Source: an uncultured Solirubrobacteraceae bacterium | Lineage (GTDB): Bacteria; Actinomycetota; Thermoleophilia; Solirubrobacterales; Solirubrobacteraceae | Assembly: GCA_963734225.1 (NCBI GenBank) | Contig: CAVTGI010000005.1 | Span: forward strand, 79,176 to 143,175 | Direction: 5' to 3' | DNA length: 64,000 nt | Part shown: positions 1-8,951 of the stretch, in pieces | How the letters are laid out: the number at the start of each line of letters is the position of its first letter | Position numbering within the stretch: position 1 is the first letter of the stretch | Notes under the pieces: model-generated | Told to the model about the DNA's origin: nothing | Databases searched by the model: none | The model's input: the letters and a program-made list of their open reading frames with translations, nothing else | Made by a program: the position numbers and the translations under genes

Positions 1-666
1 GGCGTTTCGCTGGGGTTGCTGCTGGCGGCCGGCGGCCGGCTCGCCCGCGTCCTGCGAACGGTCCTGATCGGAGGAGCCTCGGTGCCGACGTTCCTGTCGG
101 CGCTCCTGTTGATCCTGCTGTTCTACTCCACGCTGCATCTGCTGCCGGCCTCCGGACGCGTGAGCGACACCTTGGTCGTGCCCACCGGCCCGACCAAGGT
201 ACTGCTGCTCGACGCCGTACTGCACGGCGAGCCGAACGTCGTCTGGAGCGTGCTCACGCACCTGCTCATGCCTGCGTTCACGCTCGCGCTGATACCCGCG
301 CTGGCGATCGCCCGCGTGCTGGCCAGCTCCTGCGAAGGGGTGATGCGCGAGGACTACGTGCGCACGGCGCGCACGAAGGGCCTGCGCGAGCGCACCGTCA
401 TTCTGCGCCACGTCCTGCGCAACGCCTGTGGACCGGCATTGACGATGAGCGGCCTGCAGTTCGGCCTGCTGCTGGGGGGCATCGTGGTGGTCGAGCAGAT
501 CTTCGCCTGGCCGGGTCTCGGGCGCTATCTGGACCAGTCGATCGCCTACGCCGACTTCCCGGCGATCACGGGAACGACGCTGCTGCTGGGGACCGCCTAC
601 GTGATCGTCAACTTCCTCGTCGATCTCGCCCAGGCGTGGGCGGACCCGCGCATCAGGACGGTGTGA
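1..666 (+). CDS. ABC transporter permease, Dpp/Opp (peptide/nickel) family; 5' end outside window
   Basis: Frame is open from nt 1 (track ORF 16..666). Several hydrophobic TM spans. Loop 'EDYVRTARTKGLRERTVILRHVLRNA' and tail 'DLAQAWADPRIR' are typical of DppB/OppB-type permeases. Confidence 0.8.
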   Translation, partial: GVSLGLLLAAGGRLARVLRTVLIGGASVPTFLSALLLILLFYSTLHLLPASGRVSDTLVVPTGPTKVLLLDAVLHGEPNVVWSVLTHLLMPAFTLALIPALAIARVLASSCEGVMREDYVRTARTKGLRERTVILRHVLRNACGPALTMSGLQFGLLLGGIVVVEQIFAWPGLGRYLDQSIAYADFPAITGTTLLLGTAYVIVNFLVDLAQAWADPRIRTV

Positions 667-667
667 G

Positions 668-1387
668 ATGGAGCTGGCAGCGCCGCAGGGGGCGATTCTC
701 GACGCCGTGCTGCCGGCCGGCGCGAGCCTGGCGCGCGTGTGCAGGCGCGCTACCGCGCTGACGCTCGTCGACCTCGAGGGCGCCGCCAACGTCTCGGCGC
801 TGCTCTACCGCGCGGGCGATGAGCTGGAGCGCTATTGCATGCCTGACACGCTCAAGGCCCAGCACGTCAGCCGCCTGACGGCCGGCGTGGCGCTGTACTC
901 GGACATGGGGCGCGTGCTCGCGTCGATCGTGGCGGACACCTGCGGCTGGCACGACACGATCGGCGGCCACGCCACGGCCGACATCGTGGCCGAGCGGTGG
1001 GGGGCGAGCAGCTACCAGGAGGCCGCCAACCAGTGGCGGCGAAGCGCGCGCGAGGCGTTCCTGGTCGAGCTCGCAAAGCACGGGCTGGGGATGCGCGACC
1101 TGGTCGCCAACGTCAACTTCTTCTCCAAGGTCGCAATCGACGAGCACGGCGCGCTGAGCCTCGCCGCCGGCAACTCTCACGCGGGCGCGCTGGTCAAGCT
1201 GCGCTTCGAGCTGGACACGCTAGTGGTGCTGTGCAACGTGGCCCACCCACTGGACACCCAGTGGCGCGCATGCCCCGTGCGCGTGGTCGTCGACGAGCTG
1301 GCGCCAACCGGCTCCGACGACGCCGTGCGCTGCAGCTGCGAGGAGAACGAACGCGGCTTTGCTGCCAGCGAGGCGGTGCTCGCGTGA
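668..1387 (+). CDS. urea carboxylase-associated family protein (DUF1989-type)
   Basis: 239-aa ORF starting 1 nt after the upstream stop. Motifs 'DTCGWHDTIGG' and 'NVNFFSKV' are shared with the next ORF, forming a paralog pair. Confidence 0.7.
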   Translation: MELAAPQGAILDAVLPAGASLARVCRRATALTLVDLEGAANVSALLYRAGDELERYCMPDTLKAQHVSRLTAGVALYSDMGRVLASIVADTCGWHDTIGGHATADIVAERWGASSYQEAANQWRRSAREAFLVELAKHGLGMRDLVANVNFFSKVAIDEHGALSLAAGNSHAGALVKLRFELDTLVVLCNVAHPLDTQWRACPVRVVVDELAPTGSDDAVRCSCEENERGFAASEAVLA

Positions 1388-1403
1388 GACGAGGGGATGG
1401 CCG

Positions 1404-2051
1404 ATGAGCGTCTCGCTGCAGCCGCGCCAGCGCGCGCAGGAGAGCGCCAGGCTCGTGCTCGACGTGCCCGCCGGCGAGGGCTTCGCGGGCGAGCTGCGCC
1501 GTGGCGAGACGCTGAGGATCGTCGACCTGCACGGCAACCAGGCGGTCGACACGCTGTTCTTCGACGCGCACGACTACGCCAACCGCTACAGCGCCGTCGA
1601 CACCCTGCGCGAGCAGGGCAGTGTCTACCTCGGCCTGGGCTCGCGCCTGCTCGCGCTCGACGGGCGGCCGCTGGTGACGATCGTGGACGACACGTGCGGG
1701 CGCCACGACACGCTCGGCGGCGCCTGCTCGCAGGAGTCAAACGTTGTCCGCTACGGCGAGCACACGCGCCACATGCACGCCTGCCGTAACACCTTCCTGG
1801 CCCAGGCGCTGGCCTGGGGCCGCGGCTTGGACAAGCGTGACCTCAGCGCGAACGTGAACTTCTTCATGAACGTGCCGCTGACGCCGGAGGGCGGCCTGGA
1901 GTTCGCCGACGGCGTGTCGGCGCCGGGCAAGCATGTTGAGCTGCGCGCCGAGCGCGACACGCTGGTGCTGATCTCCAACTGTCCGCAGCTGAACAACCCT
2001 TGCAACGCGTACGACCCCACGCCGGTGCGGCTGCTGATCTGGCCGGCATGA
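1404..2051 (+). CDS. urea carboxylase-associated family protein (DUF1989-type), second paralog
   Basis: ATG 1404 follows GAGGGGA. Motifs 'DDTCGRHDTLGG', 'NVNFFMNV', 'NCPQLNNPCNAYDP'. Confidence 0.75.
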   Translation: MSVSLQPRQRAQESARLVLDVPAGEGFAGELRRGETLRIVDLHGNQAVDTLFFDAHDYANRYSAVDTLREQGSVYLGLGSRLLALDGRPLVTIVDDTCGRHDTLGGACSQESNVVRYGEHTRHMHACRNTFLAQALAWGRGLDKRDLSANVNFFMNVPLTPEGGLEFADGVSAPGKHVELRAERDTLVLISNCPQLNNPCNAYDPTPVRLLIWPA

Positions 2052-2106
2052 GCGTCGCCGCCGACAGTACTGCGCCGTGCATGACGGCCGCGTGCAACGC
2101 CTCGCA

Positions 2107-4074
2107 ATGAGCGCGATCGAGATCCTCTCGCCCGGGGCGCTGAGCACCGTCCAGGACTGGCCGGGGCGTATCGGCCACTGGGCCGTCGGGGTGCCTCCCT
2201 CGGGCCCGATGGACAGCCGCTCGCACAGGATCGGCAACAGCCTGCTCGGCAACCATCCCGACGCGGCCGGCCTGGAGGTCACCCTCACCGGCCCCAAGCT
2301 GCGCTTTTCGGCGCCGGCCACCGTCGCGGTCACCGGAGCGCCGCTGGCCGTCTCGCTGGACGGCGAGACGGTCTGCCAGTGGACCGCGCTGCAGGTCCCG
2401 GCCGGCGGCGTGCTGTCGCTCGGCACGATCCGCAGCGTGGGCATGCGCGCTTACGTGCTCGTGCGCGGTGGCCTGGCCGGCGAGGTGCACATGGGCAGCC
2501 GCTCGGTGTTCGCGTCGGCGGCGCTCGGCGGGCGCTCGCTGCGCCGCGGCGACACGCTGGAGCTCGACACGGCGCGGGCGCCCGCGGGCCCGTGTGCGCC
2601 GGGCGATGCAACGGTGCTCGCGCCGAGCTTTGTCAACGACGTGCAGCTGCGCGTGGTGCTGGGTCCACACGGCTCGCCCGACTTCCTCACGCGCGATGGC
2701 CTCGACGAGCTGCTGGCGGCCAGCTGGAGCGTCGACCCGCACTCCAACCGCACGGGCATCCGCCTGCTCGGTCCGCGGCCGCAGTGGTCGCGTGCGGACG
2801 GCGGCGAGGCCGGCCTGCACCCCTCCAACATCCTCGACAGCGCCTACAGCGTGGGCACGGTCATGCTGGCCGGCGACATGGCCGTGGTCGTCGGCCCGGA
2901 CGGGCCCAGCCTCGGCGGCTTTGCGGCGATCGCGCAGGTCATCCGCGCGGACCTCTGGCGCCTGGGCCAGCTGCGAGCGGGCGACCGTGTGACGCTCGCG
3001 CCGGTCTCCATGTCGCAGGCCGCCCAGCTGCACGCCAGCGCCGAGGTGGAGATCGAGCAACGTGCTCCGACACAGCCGCATCACCGCCCGGCGGCCCGAG
3101 CAACACTGGGCACTCCACACGAGGGAGCCCACGGGCTTGTCACCTACAGGCGCGCCGGCGAGGGCGCCGTGCTGGTCGAGCTCGGCGAGCCCGTGCTGGA
3201 GCTGCGCTCGCGCGTGCGCGTGCACGCCCTGGCGGCGGGGTTGCGCGAGGAGCGCCTCCCCGGCGTGCTCGACATCACGGCGGGGGTGCGCTCGCTGCAC
3301 GTCCAGCACGACCCCGACAGGCTCGGCGCCGGAGCGCTGCTGGACGCGATCGCGCAGATCGAGGCCGGGCTGGCGCCACCGGAGGATCTCGTGATCGAGG
3401 GACGTACGGTCCACCTGCCGCTGAGCTGGCGTCACAGCGAGGCGATGCGCGCGATCTCGCGCTATCAGGAGTCCGTGCGCGCCGACTCGCCCTGGTGCCC
3501 GGACAACATCGACTTCATCCGGCGCATCAACGGGCTGCCCGACGAGCGGGCGGTGCGGGAGATCCTGACCAGCGCGGCCTACCTGGTGCTGGGGCTCGGC
3601 GATGTGTACCTGGGTGCACCGGTGGCCGTGCCGCTCGATCCGCGCCACCGTCTGGTGAGCACCAAGTACAACCCTGCGCGCACGTGGACGCCGGCCAACG
3701 CGGTGGGCATCGGCGGTGCGTTTCTGTGCGTGTACGGGATCGAGGGACCGGGCGGCTACCAGCTGGTTGGCCGCACGGTCCCCGTATGGCATGACGGCGA
3801 GGACCCGCCCTGGCGCCTGCGCCACTTCGACCAGCTGCGCTTCGAGCTCGTGGCCGAGCAGCGGCTGCAGGAGCTGCGACACGCCAGCAAGGCTGGCGTT
3901 TGGGCTCCGCGCATCGAGCCTGCGCGCTTCTCGCTGCGCGAGCACGAGCGCTTCCTGGACGCAAACGCGCCGCAGATCGCCGCCTTTCGCGCCCGTCGCG
4001 AGGCCGCCTTCGCGGCCGAGCGCAGGGCCTGGGCGGCAGCGGACGAGGCGCGCACGATGGAGGCTCTGGTGTGA
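2107..4074 (+). CDS. 5-oxoprolinase/urea-amidolyase family protein: fused allophanate-hydrolase subunit 2 (PxpC-like) and subunit 1 (PxpB-like) domains
   Basis: N-terminus 'SAIEILSPGALSTVQDWPGRIGHWAVGVPPSGPMD' is AHS2-like. The middle part 'YRRAGEGAVLVELGEPVLELRSRVRVHAL' is AHS1-like. No ATP-grasp or biotinyl domain is visible. Confidence 0.75.
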   Translation: MSAIEILSPGALSTVQDWPGRIGHWAVGVPPSGPMDSRSHRIGNSLLGNHPDAAGLEVTLTGPKLRFSAPATVAVTGAPLAVSLDGETVCQWTALQVPAGGVLSLGTIRSVGMRAYVLVRGGLAGEVHMGSRSVFASAALGGRSLRRGDTLELDTARAPAGPCAPGDATVLAPSFVNDVQLRVVLGPHGSPDFLTRDGLDELLAASWSVDPHSNRTGIRLLGPRPQWSRADGGEAGLHPSNILDSAYSVGTVMLAGDMAVVVGPDGPSLGGFAAIAQVIRADLWRLGQLRAGDRVTLAPVSMSQAAQLHASAEVEIEQRAPTQPHHRPAARATLGTPHEGAHGLVTYRRAGEGAVLVELGEPVLELRSRVRVHALAAGLREERLPGVLDITAGVRSLHVQHDPDRLGAGALLDAIAQIEAGLAPPEDLVIEGRTVHLPLSWRHSEAMRAISRYQESVRADSPWCPDNIDFIRRINGLPDERAVREILTSAAYLVLGLGDVYLGAPVAVPLDPRHRLVSTKYNPARTWTPANAVGIGGAFLCVYGIEGPGGYQLVGRTVPVWHDGEDPPWRLRHFDQLRFELVAEQRLQELRHASKAGVWAPRIEPARFSLREHERFLDANAPQIAAFRARREAAFAAERRAWAAADEARTMEALV

Positions 4075-5819
4075 CGGCGGGCGGCCGCATGACACTTGAG
4101 GTGGAGTCGCTGCTGGGCGCATACCGCGCAGGCCTGCGCCCATCGCAACTGGCGTGTGAGCTGCTCGAGCGCCTGGCGGACGCGGGCGGGCAGCCGGTGT
4201 GGATATCGCGTGTTCGGAACGAGCTACTGCTCGCCCGTGCGCGCGAGCTCGACGAGGCCGACCCGCGCGGTCTCGCTCTGTACGGCGTGCCCTTCGCGGT
4301 CAAGGACAACATCGACGTCGCCGGCATGCCCACCAGCGCGGGCTGTCCCGGCTTCGCCTATCAGGCGAGCGCGACCGCGCCGGTCGTCCAGCGTCTGCTG
4401 GATGCGGGCGCGATGCTGATCGGCAAGACCAACATGGACCAGTTCGCAACCGGGCTGGTCGGCACGCGCAGCCCCTACGGCGCATGCTCCTCGGTGGCCG
4501 ATCCGGCGCGCGTGAGCGGCGGCTCGAGCTCGGGCTCGGCGCTGGCTGTCGCACTCGACCTCGTGGCCTTCGCGCTGGGCACCGACACCGCCGGCTCGGG
4601 CCGGGTGCCGGCCGCGTTCAACGGCCTGGTCGGGTGCAAGCCCACGCGTGGCCTGCTGAGCACGCGCGGCGTGGTGCCCGCCTGCGCAAGCCTGGACTGC
4701 GTGTCGATTCTCACCGCCGGCGTGGCCGACGCGGCACTCGTCCTGGACGTGGCGGCGGGCTATGACCCCGACGACCCGTGGAGCCGGCCCGAGCCGGCGT
4801 TCCGGGCGCCGCGGCGCGAGCGCGTGGGCGTGCCGCGCGCCGGGCAGGTAGGCCAGGAGGAGTCCGCGGCCGCGCTCGCCTGGGCGCAGGCGCTCGAACG
4901 CGCGGGCGAGCTGTGGACGCTTGAGCAAGTGGACGTGGAGCCGCTGCTGGAGGCCGCGCCGCTGCTGTATGACGCGTGGATCGCCGAGCGCACGGCCGAC
5001 CTTGGCGAGGCGATCGCCGCCGAGCCTGACGGGCTCGATCAGACGGTCGCCGCGCTCGTGCTCGCCGGCGGGGACCTGAAGGCGACGGACGTGTTCGCCG
5101 CCAGCCACCGTCTCCAGCGCTTGATGCGCGACGCCGCGTGCATCTGGGAGCGCGTGGACGCCCTGCTGCTGCCGACCACCGCGCTGCACCCCACCCACGC
5201 CGAGGTGGCCGCCGAGCCGGTCGCAGCCAACGGCCGCGTCGGGCGCCTGACCAACTTCGTCAACCTCATGGACCTCAGCGCGCTTGCCCTGCCGGGGCCG
5301 GTGCGTGGCGACAACCTCCCCTTCGGCGTGACGCTGCACGCGCCCGCCCACCACGACCGGCGCCTGTTGGAGCTCGGCTGCGCGTGGAGCGCAGAGGAGG
5401 CGCACATCTCCTTTCCGGGCCTGGTCAAGCTCGCGGTCGCGGGCGCCCACATGAGCGGCATGCCACTCAACGCCAGGCTGACCGAGCGTGGCGGGCGGCT
5501 GCTCGCCCGCGCGGTGACAGCGCCCTGCTACCGGCTGTATGCGTTGGGCGGCGAGCGCGACGAGATCCCGCGTCCGGGCCTCGTGCGCGTGGGCGGTGGC
5601 GGCGCGAGCATCGAGGTCGAGCTGTGGGAGCTCGCGCCGGTGGCACTCGGCGCGCTGGTTGCCGAGGTGCCGGCGCCGCTTGCCATCGGCCGTGTGGCGC
5701 TGGCCGACGGCAGCGAGGTCAGCGGCTTCGTCTGCGAGGCCCACGGCAGCGACGGCGCCCGCGACATCTCAAGCTACGGCGGCTGGCGGGCGTTTATGGA
5801 GTCGGCCGTACCCGCGTGA
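4071..5819 (+). CDS. atzF: allophanate hydrolase (amidase-signature enzyme)
   Basis: 'FAVKDNIDVAGMPT', 'GGSSSGSALAV', 'GTDTAGSGRVPAAFNG'. The C-terminal roughly 120 aa is AtzF-like. GTG 4071 overlaps the upstream stop (GTGA); alternative ATG at 4089. Confidence 0.85.
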   Translation: MTAGGRMTLEVESLLGAYRAGLRPSQLACELLERLADAGGQPVWISRVRNELLLARARELDEADPRGLALYGVPFAVKDNIDVAGMPTSAGCPGFAYQASATAPVVQRLLDAGAMLIGKTNMDQFATGLVGTRSPYGACSSVADPARVSGGSSSGSALAVALDLVAFALGTDTAGSGRVPAAFNGLVGCKPTRGLLSTRGVVPACASLDCVSILTAGVADAALVLDVAAGYDPDDPWSRPEPAFRAPRRERVGVPRAGQVGQEESAAALAWAQALERAGELWTLEQVDVEPLLEAAPLLYDAWIAERTADLGEAIAAEPDGLDQTVAALVLAGGDLKATDVFAASHRLQRLMRDAACIWERVDALLLPTTALHPTHAEVAAEPVAANGRVGRLTNFVNLMDLSALALPGPVRGDNLPFGVTLHAPAHHDRRLLELGCAWSAEEAHISFPGLVKLAVAGAHMSGMPLNARLTERGGRLLARAVTAPCYRLYALGGERDEIPRPGLVRVGGGGASIEVELWELAPVALGALVAEVPAPLAIGRVALADGSEVSGFVCEAHGSDGARDISSYGGWRAFMESAVPA

Positions 5820-6847
5820 GCGCGCGCCTGCACACGCTGGCGGCGACGCCGCAGACCGTGCACTGGGGTTACTTCGATCCCGATCTCGCACCCGTGCTGA
5901 CCGTGTCCTCGGGCGACCTGGTGGAGATCGAGGCGCTCACCCATCACGCGGGCGACGCGCCTGACCTGCTGATGGACGCGGGCATCGAGCGTGTGTTCTC
6001 TGAGGTGCACGAGCGCGGGCCGGGCCCGCACCTGCTCACGGGGCCGATCGCGCTGGCTGGTGCGCGCCCGGGCGATGTGCTGCAGGTGGACATCCTCAGC
6101 GCGCAGCCGCGCCTGGCGCACGGCTCCAATCTGGCCGGGCATTGGGGCGCGCTGTATGGCGACTTCGCCAAGGAGCGCGTGACCATCTTCGAGCTGGACG
6201 CCGCGGCGATGAGCGCCCGCGCGCTGTTCGCGTATGACTGGCAGGCGACCCCGCTGGTGGACGTGCCCGGCACGATCGTGACGCCCGGCAGCGTCGCGCG
6301 CGAGCCGGCCCTGGAGGGCGTAACCGTGCCGCTGCGCCCGCACTTCGGCACGATGGGTGTTGCGCCGGCTGCGCGCGGCCGGCACTCGTCGGTTCCCCCG
6401 GGCGCGCACGGTGGCAACATCGACAACTGGCGCATCGGCGCGGGCGCGCGCATGTACTACCCCGTGCAGGTACCCGGCGCGCTGCTGTCGGTGGGCGATC
6501 CGCACGTCTCCCAGGGAGACGGCGAGATCAGCGGCACGGCGCTGGAGGCGTCGCTGAACGGCGTCCTGCGGCTGAGCGTGCGCAGCGACCTGCAGCTGAG
6601 CATGCCGCTGCTGGAGACTGCCGATGAGCTGCTGGTGCACGCCTTCGGCGACGACCTCGACGCGGCGATGCGCGCGGCGGCGCTGCTGACGATCGAGCTG
6701 CTCGGCTCGCGCTTTGACCTGCGCCGTGACGACGCCTATGCATTTTGCAGCCTGGCGGTTGACTTCGCGATCACCCAGGTGGTAGACGGTCGCCAGGGCG
6801 TTCACGCGCGCGTCGAAAAGCGCTGCCTGCCGTTTCGCGGCTCGTGA
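5816..6847 (+). CDS. acetamidase/formamidase family protein
   Basis: 'HWGYFDP', 'LTGPIALAGARPGDVL', 'GGNIDNWRIGAGARMYYPV', 'VGDPHVSQGDGEISGTALE'. GTG 5816 overlaps the upstream stop (GTGA). Confidence 0.8.
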   Translation: MSARLHTLAATPQTVHWGYFDPDLAPVLTVSSGDLVEIEALTHHAGDAPDLLMDAGIERVFSEVHERGPGPHLLTGPIALAGARPGDVLQVDILSAQPRLAHGSNLAGHWGALYGDFAKERVTIFELDAAAMSARALFAYDWQATPLVDVPGTIVTPGSVAREPALEGVTVPLRPHFGTMGVAPAARGRHSSVPPGAHGGNIDNWRIGAGARMYYPVQVPGALLSVGDPHVSQGDGEISGTALEASLNGVLRLSVRSDLQLSMPLLETADELLVHAFGDDLDAAMRAAALLTIELLGSRFDLRRDDAYAFCSLAVDFAITQVVDGRQGVHARVEKRCLPFRGS

Positions 6848-7251
6848 TCCGCTCCTGGACGTTCGGCCCTAACGACGGCGTGCCCCCGCCGGTGGCGCCG
6901 TTCGCTCACGCGACGGCGGCGGGCGAGTCGCTGTACGTGACCGGCCAGATGCCCACGGGCACCGACGGCAAGCTGGTGGGTAGAGGCATCGTCGAGCAGA
7001 CCGACCAGGTCATGCGCAACCTCGCGCGCGTGCTGGAGCTGGCCGGCGGCAGGCTCGAAGATGTCGTCCAGGTGCGCGCGTACCTGCTCGACTGGGGCGA
7101 CTACGCGGCTTTCAACGCGGCCTACGCGGTGTGGTTTCCCGATCGCCTGCCCAGCCGCACGTGCGTGGGCGTCGATGGTCTCGCGGCAGGGGCGCTGGTG
7201 GAGGTTGATCTGGTGGCGTGGCGCGCCGGCGGGTGGGGCAAGGCCGGTTAG
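6844..7251 (+). CDS. RidA/YjgF-family protein
   Basis: 135 aa. 'LYVTGQMP', 'VRAYLLDWGDYAAFNAAY', 'PSRTCVGVDGLAAGALVEVDLVA'. GTGA overlap with the formamidase stop. Confidence 0.8.
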   Translation: MIRSWTFGPNDGVPPPVAPFAHATAAGESLYVTGQMPTGTDGKLVGRGIVEQTDQVMRNLARVLELAGGRLEDVVQVRAYLLDWGDYAAFNAAYAVWFPDRLPSRTCVGVDGLAAGALVEVDLVAWRAGGWGKAG

Positions 7252-7265
7252 GCTCCATCGTCACT

Positions 7266-7562
7266 TTGGCGAGCCCGCGTAACAGCGAGGTCCAGGCGGC
7301 GATCCTGCGGCGGGTACGAGCGATCCCGCCTGGCTACGTACGCACCTATGGCGAGGTCTCCCCCGGCGCCCCGCGTTTGGCCGGCTACGTGTTGAGTCGA
7401 ACCGATGACCGCGGCGTGCCGTGGCATCGCGTCGTCCGCGCCGACGGGTCGCTCGCCAAGGGTGCCCGCCAGCGCAGGCTGCTCGAAGCCGAGGGCGTCG
7501 GCTTCCGCGGCGAGCGCGTGCTCTTGGCACGGGCGCGGCTGGATGATCTCGACGTGATGTGA
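7266..7562 (+). CDS. alkyltransferase-like (ATL) protein, MGMT DNA-binding-domain family with Trp replacing the active-site Cys
   Basis: 'IPPGYVRTYGEV...GVPWHRVVRADGSL': PWHRV stands in place of PCHRV. Start is uncertain (TTG 7266; the track ORF begins at 7218, inside ridA). Confidence 0.65.
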   Translation: MASPRNSEVQAAILRRVRAIPPGYVRTYGEVSPGAPRLAGYVLSRTDDRGVPWHRVVRADGSLAKGARQRRLLEAEGVGFRGERVLLARARLDDLDVM

Positions 7563-7572
7563 CGGCAGCATG

Positions 7573-8001
7573 CTACTTCTGCCAGGGATTGACAAGGCGG
7601 ATGCCGAGACCCTCGAAGTGGCGCACGTTGCGTGTGGCGAGAGTCGCCTTGCGGGCGCTCGCAACGCCGGCGATCTGAACGTCGCGGATCTCCACGGTAC
7701 GTCCGGCACGCTGCCGTGATGCTGCGATCGTGCCGGCGGCGTCAGCGGCTGCGCGGTCAAAGAGCTGCACGCGGCCGTCGAGATCCTCGTCTAGCAGCCT
7801 GTCGAACTCCTGCTCCAACTGGCTGCGGCGACGGCCCTTCGCAAGCAGCTCCAACCCCATCCGCACCTCGAAGACGGTGATAGAAGTCGTCCAGACCGAC
7901 TCCGACGGCTGCTCGTCCAGCCACGCCACTACGGTCTGGTCGGGCTCACGCTGCATCAACGCCGAGAGCACATTTGTGTCCAGCAAGATCAAAGCGCGCA
8001 C
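7573..8001 (-). CDS. vapC: type II toxin, PIN-domain ribonuclease VapC (FitB-like)
   Basis: 142 aa. 'ILLDTNVLSAL', 'TSITVFEVRMG', 'DVQIAGVASARKATLATRNVRHFEGLG'. Lies directly downstream of the antitoxin gene. Confidence 0.85.
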   Translation of the reverse strand: MRALILLDTNVLSALMQREPDQTVVAWLDEQPSESVWTTSITVFEVRMGLELLAKGRRRSQLEQEFDRLLDEDLDGRVQLFDRAAADAAGTIAASRQRAGRTVEIRDVQIAGVASARKATLATRNVRHFEGLGIRLVNPWQK

Positions 8002-8035
8002 CGATCCGGGTGCTCGCTATGCAGCTGACGGACCC

Positions 8036-8281
8036 TTACTCCAGTCGGGCCGGACGTGCCGGCTGGCCGCGCAGCTCGGGAAGCTCTGTCTCAAGTCCGA
8101 CGCCCGTGAAGCGCGCTGCGATCCGCGAGCCCAGTCTGGCGCGGGCATGCTCACCGCTCTGTACTGCGCTGCGCAAGATCTCGCGTGCCTCCTGCTCGGT
8201 GCTGTGACCATGCTGACGCGCGCGACGCTGCAGAGCTGCCTTCACGTCGTCATCGAGCCGTCTGATCAAGATCTGTGCCAC
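8036..8281 (-). CDS. vapB: type II antitoxin VapB (FitA/Arc-type RHH)
   Basis: 81 aa. 'AQILIRRLDDDVKAALQRRARQHGHSTEQEAREILRSAV'. Ends 34 nt upstream of vapC. Confidence 0.8.
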   Translation of the reverse strand: MAQILIRRLDDDVKAALQRRARQHGHSTEQEAREILRSAVQSGEHARARLGSRIAARFTGVGLETELPELRGQPARPARLE

Positions 8282-8368
8282 GACAGAAACGATAGCACGC
8301 TATCACGCCACGTTGGCCGGGCGAGTCTTGGAAGGCCGTAGCATGCTTTGTACTACACTAGTCGGAGT

Positions 8369-8614
8369 ATGAGCCGCTCTCTCCACGTGCGTTTGGACGA
8401 CAGCTCTGTCGCTGCGCTTAGCGTGATCCGCAACGACGGGCTGAGTGACTCAGAGGCTGTACGGACGGCGCTACGCGAGGCCGCCGCGAGACGCCGGGCT
8501 CGTTCCTCGATCGCTGCGGAGGTGCGAAGGCTCGTGGCCGACGAGGGTGATCGAGAGGAGATGCGGATCGTTCGCGAACAGATGGCGCAACTGGCACCGG
8601 AGCCCGCCGACTGA
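8369..8614 (+). CDS. ribbon-helix-helix antitoxin (MazE/CopG-like)
   Basis: 'SLHVRLDDSSVAALSVIRNDGLSDSEAVRTALREA'. Its stop abuts the MazF-like ORF. Start is uncertain (ATG 8369 or TTG 8348). Confidence 0.6.
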   Translation: MSRSLHVRLDDSSVAALSVIRNDGLSDSEAVRTALREAAARRRARSSIAAEVRRLVADEGDREEMRIVREQMAQLAPEPAD

Positions 8615-8615
8615 G

Positions 8616-8932
8616 GTGGTCCGCGGCGAGATATTTCGTCTGCCGGCTCCGCGCGCGACGCGAGGCAGGGAGCAGCGAGGCGCGCGCTATGCGGTGGTCG
8701 TTCAAGCCGACGAGTTTCTGGCGCTGAGCACCGTGCTCATTTCGCCGACCTCCGCCAGCGCACGAGCAGCGAGCTTTGTCCAACGATCACACTCGACGGT
8801 ACTCGGACGTGCATCCTTGTCGAGCAGACGACTGTCGTTGATCCTGAGCGCCTGGGACGCTCAGCAGGGCGCCTCAACGCAGGCGAGTTGCAGTCCGTTG
8901 ACGAAGCCCTCGCACTCATCTTCGGCATTTAG
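8616..8932 (+). pseudogene. MazF/PemK-family toxin gene interrupted by a frameshift near 8778-8780
   Basis: The N-terminal half reads 'VVRGEIFRLPAPRATRGREQRGARYAVVVQADEFLALSTVLISPTSASARAASF' in frame 0. The C-terminal half reads 'PTITLDGTRTCILVEQTTVVDPERLGRSAGRLNAGELQSVDEALALIFGI*' in frame 2. Nucleotide c8780 is shared by the two frames, as if 1 nt had been deleted. Confidence 0.7.
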
Positions 8933-8951
8933 CTTGCGAACAGCGACGAAC

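Noticed and set aside
1864-4143. 759-aa minus-strand ORF, the longest in this part of the track, together with similar long antisense ORFs such as 4224..5744, 5774..6805 and 12851..14071.
   Set aside because: Arg/Ala/Pro/Gly-rich nonsense composition. Each lies exactly antisense to plus-strand genes with clear conserved motifs. This is the typical stop-codon-poor shadow frame of high-GC DNA.
7567-8347. The 8-bp palindrome AGCATGCT occurs at both ends of the vapBC cassette (7567-74 and 8340-47).
   Set aside because: An 8-mer is expected about once or twice by chance in 64 kb on two strands. The surrounding sequence is not similar. This is insufficient to claim cassette borders.
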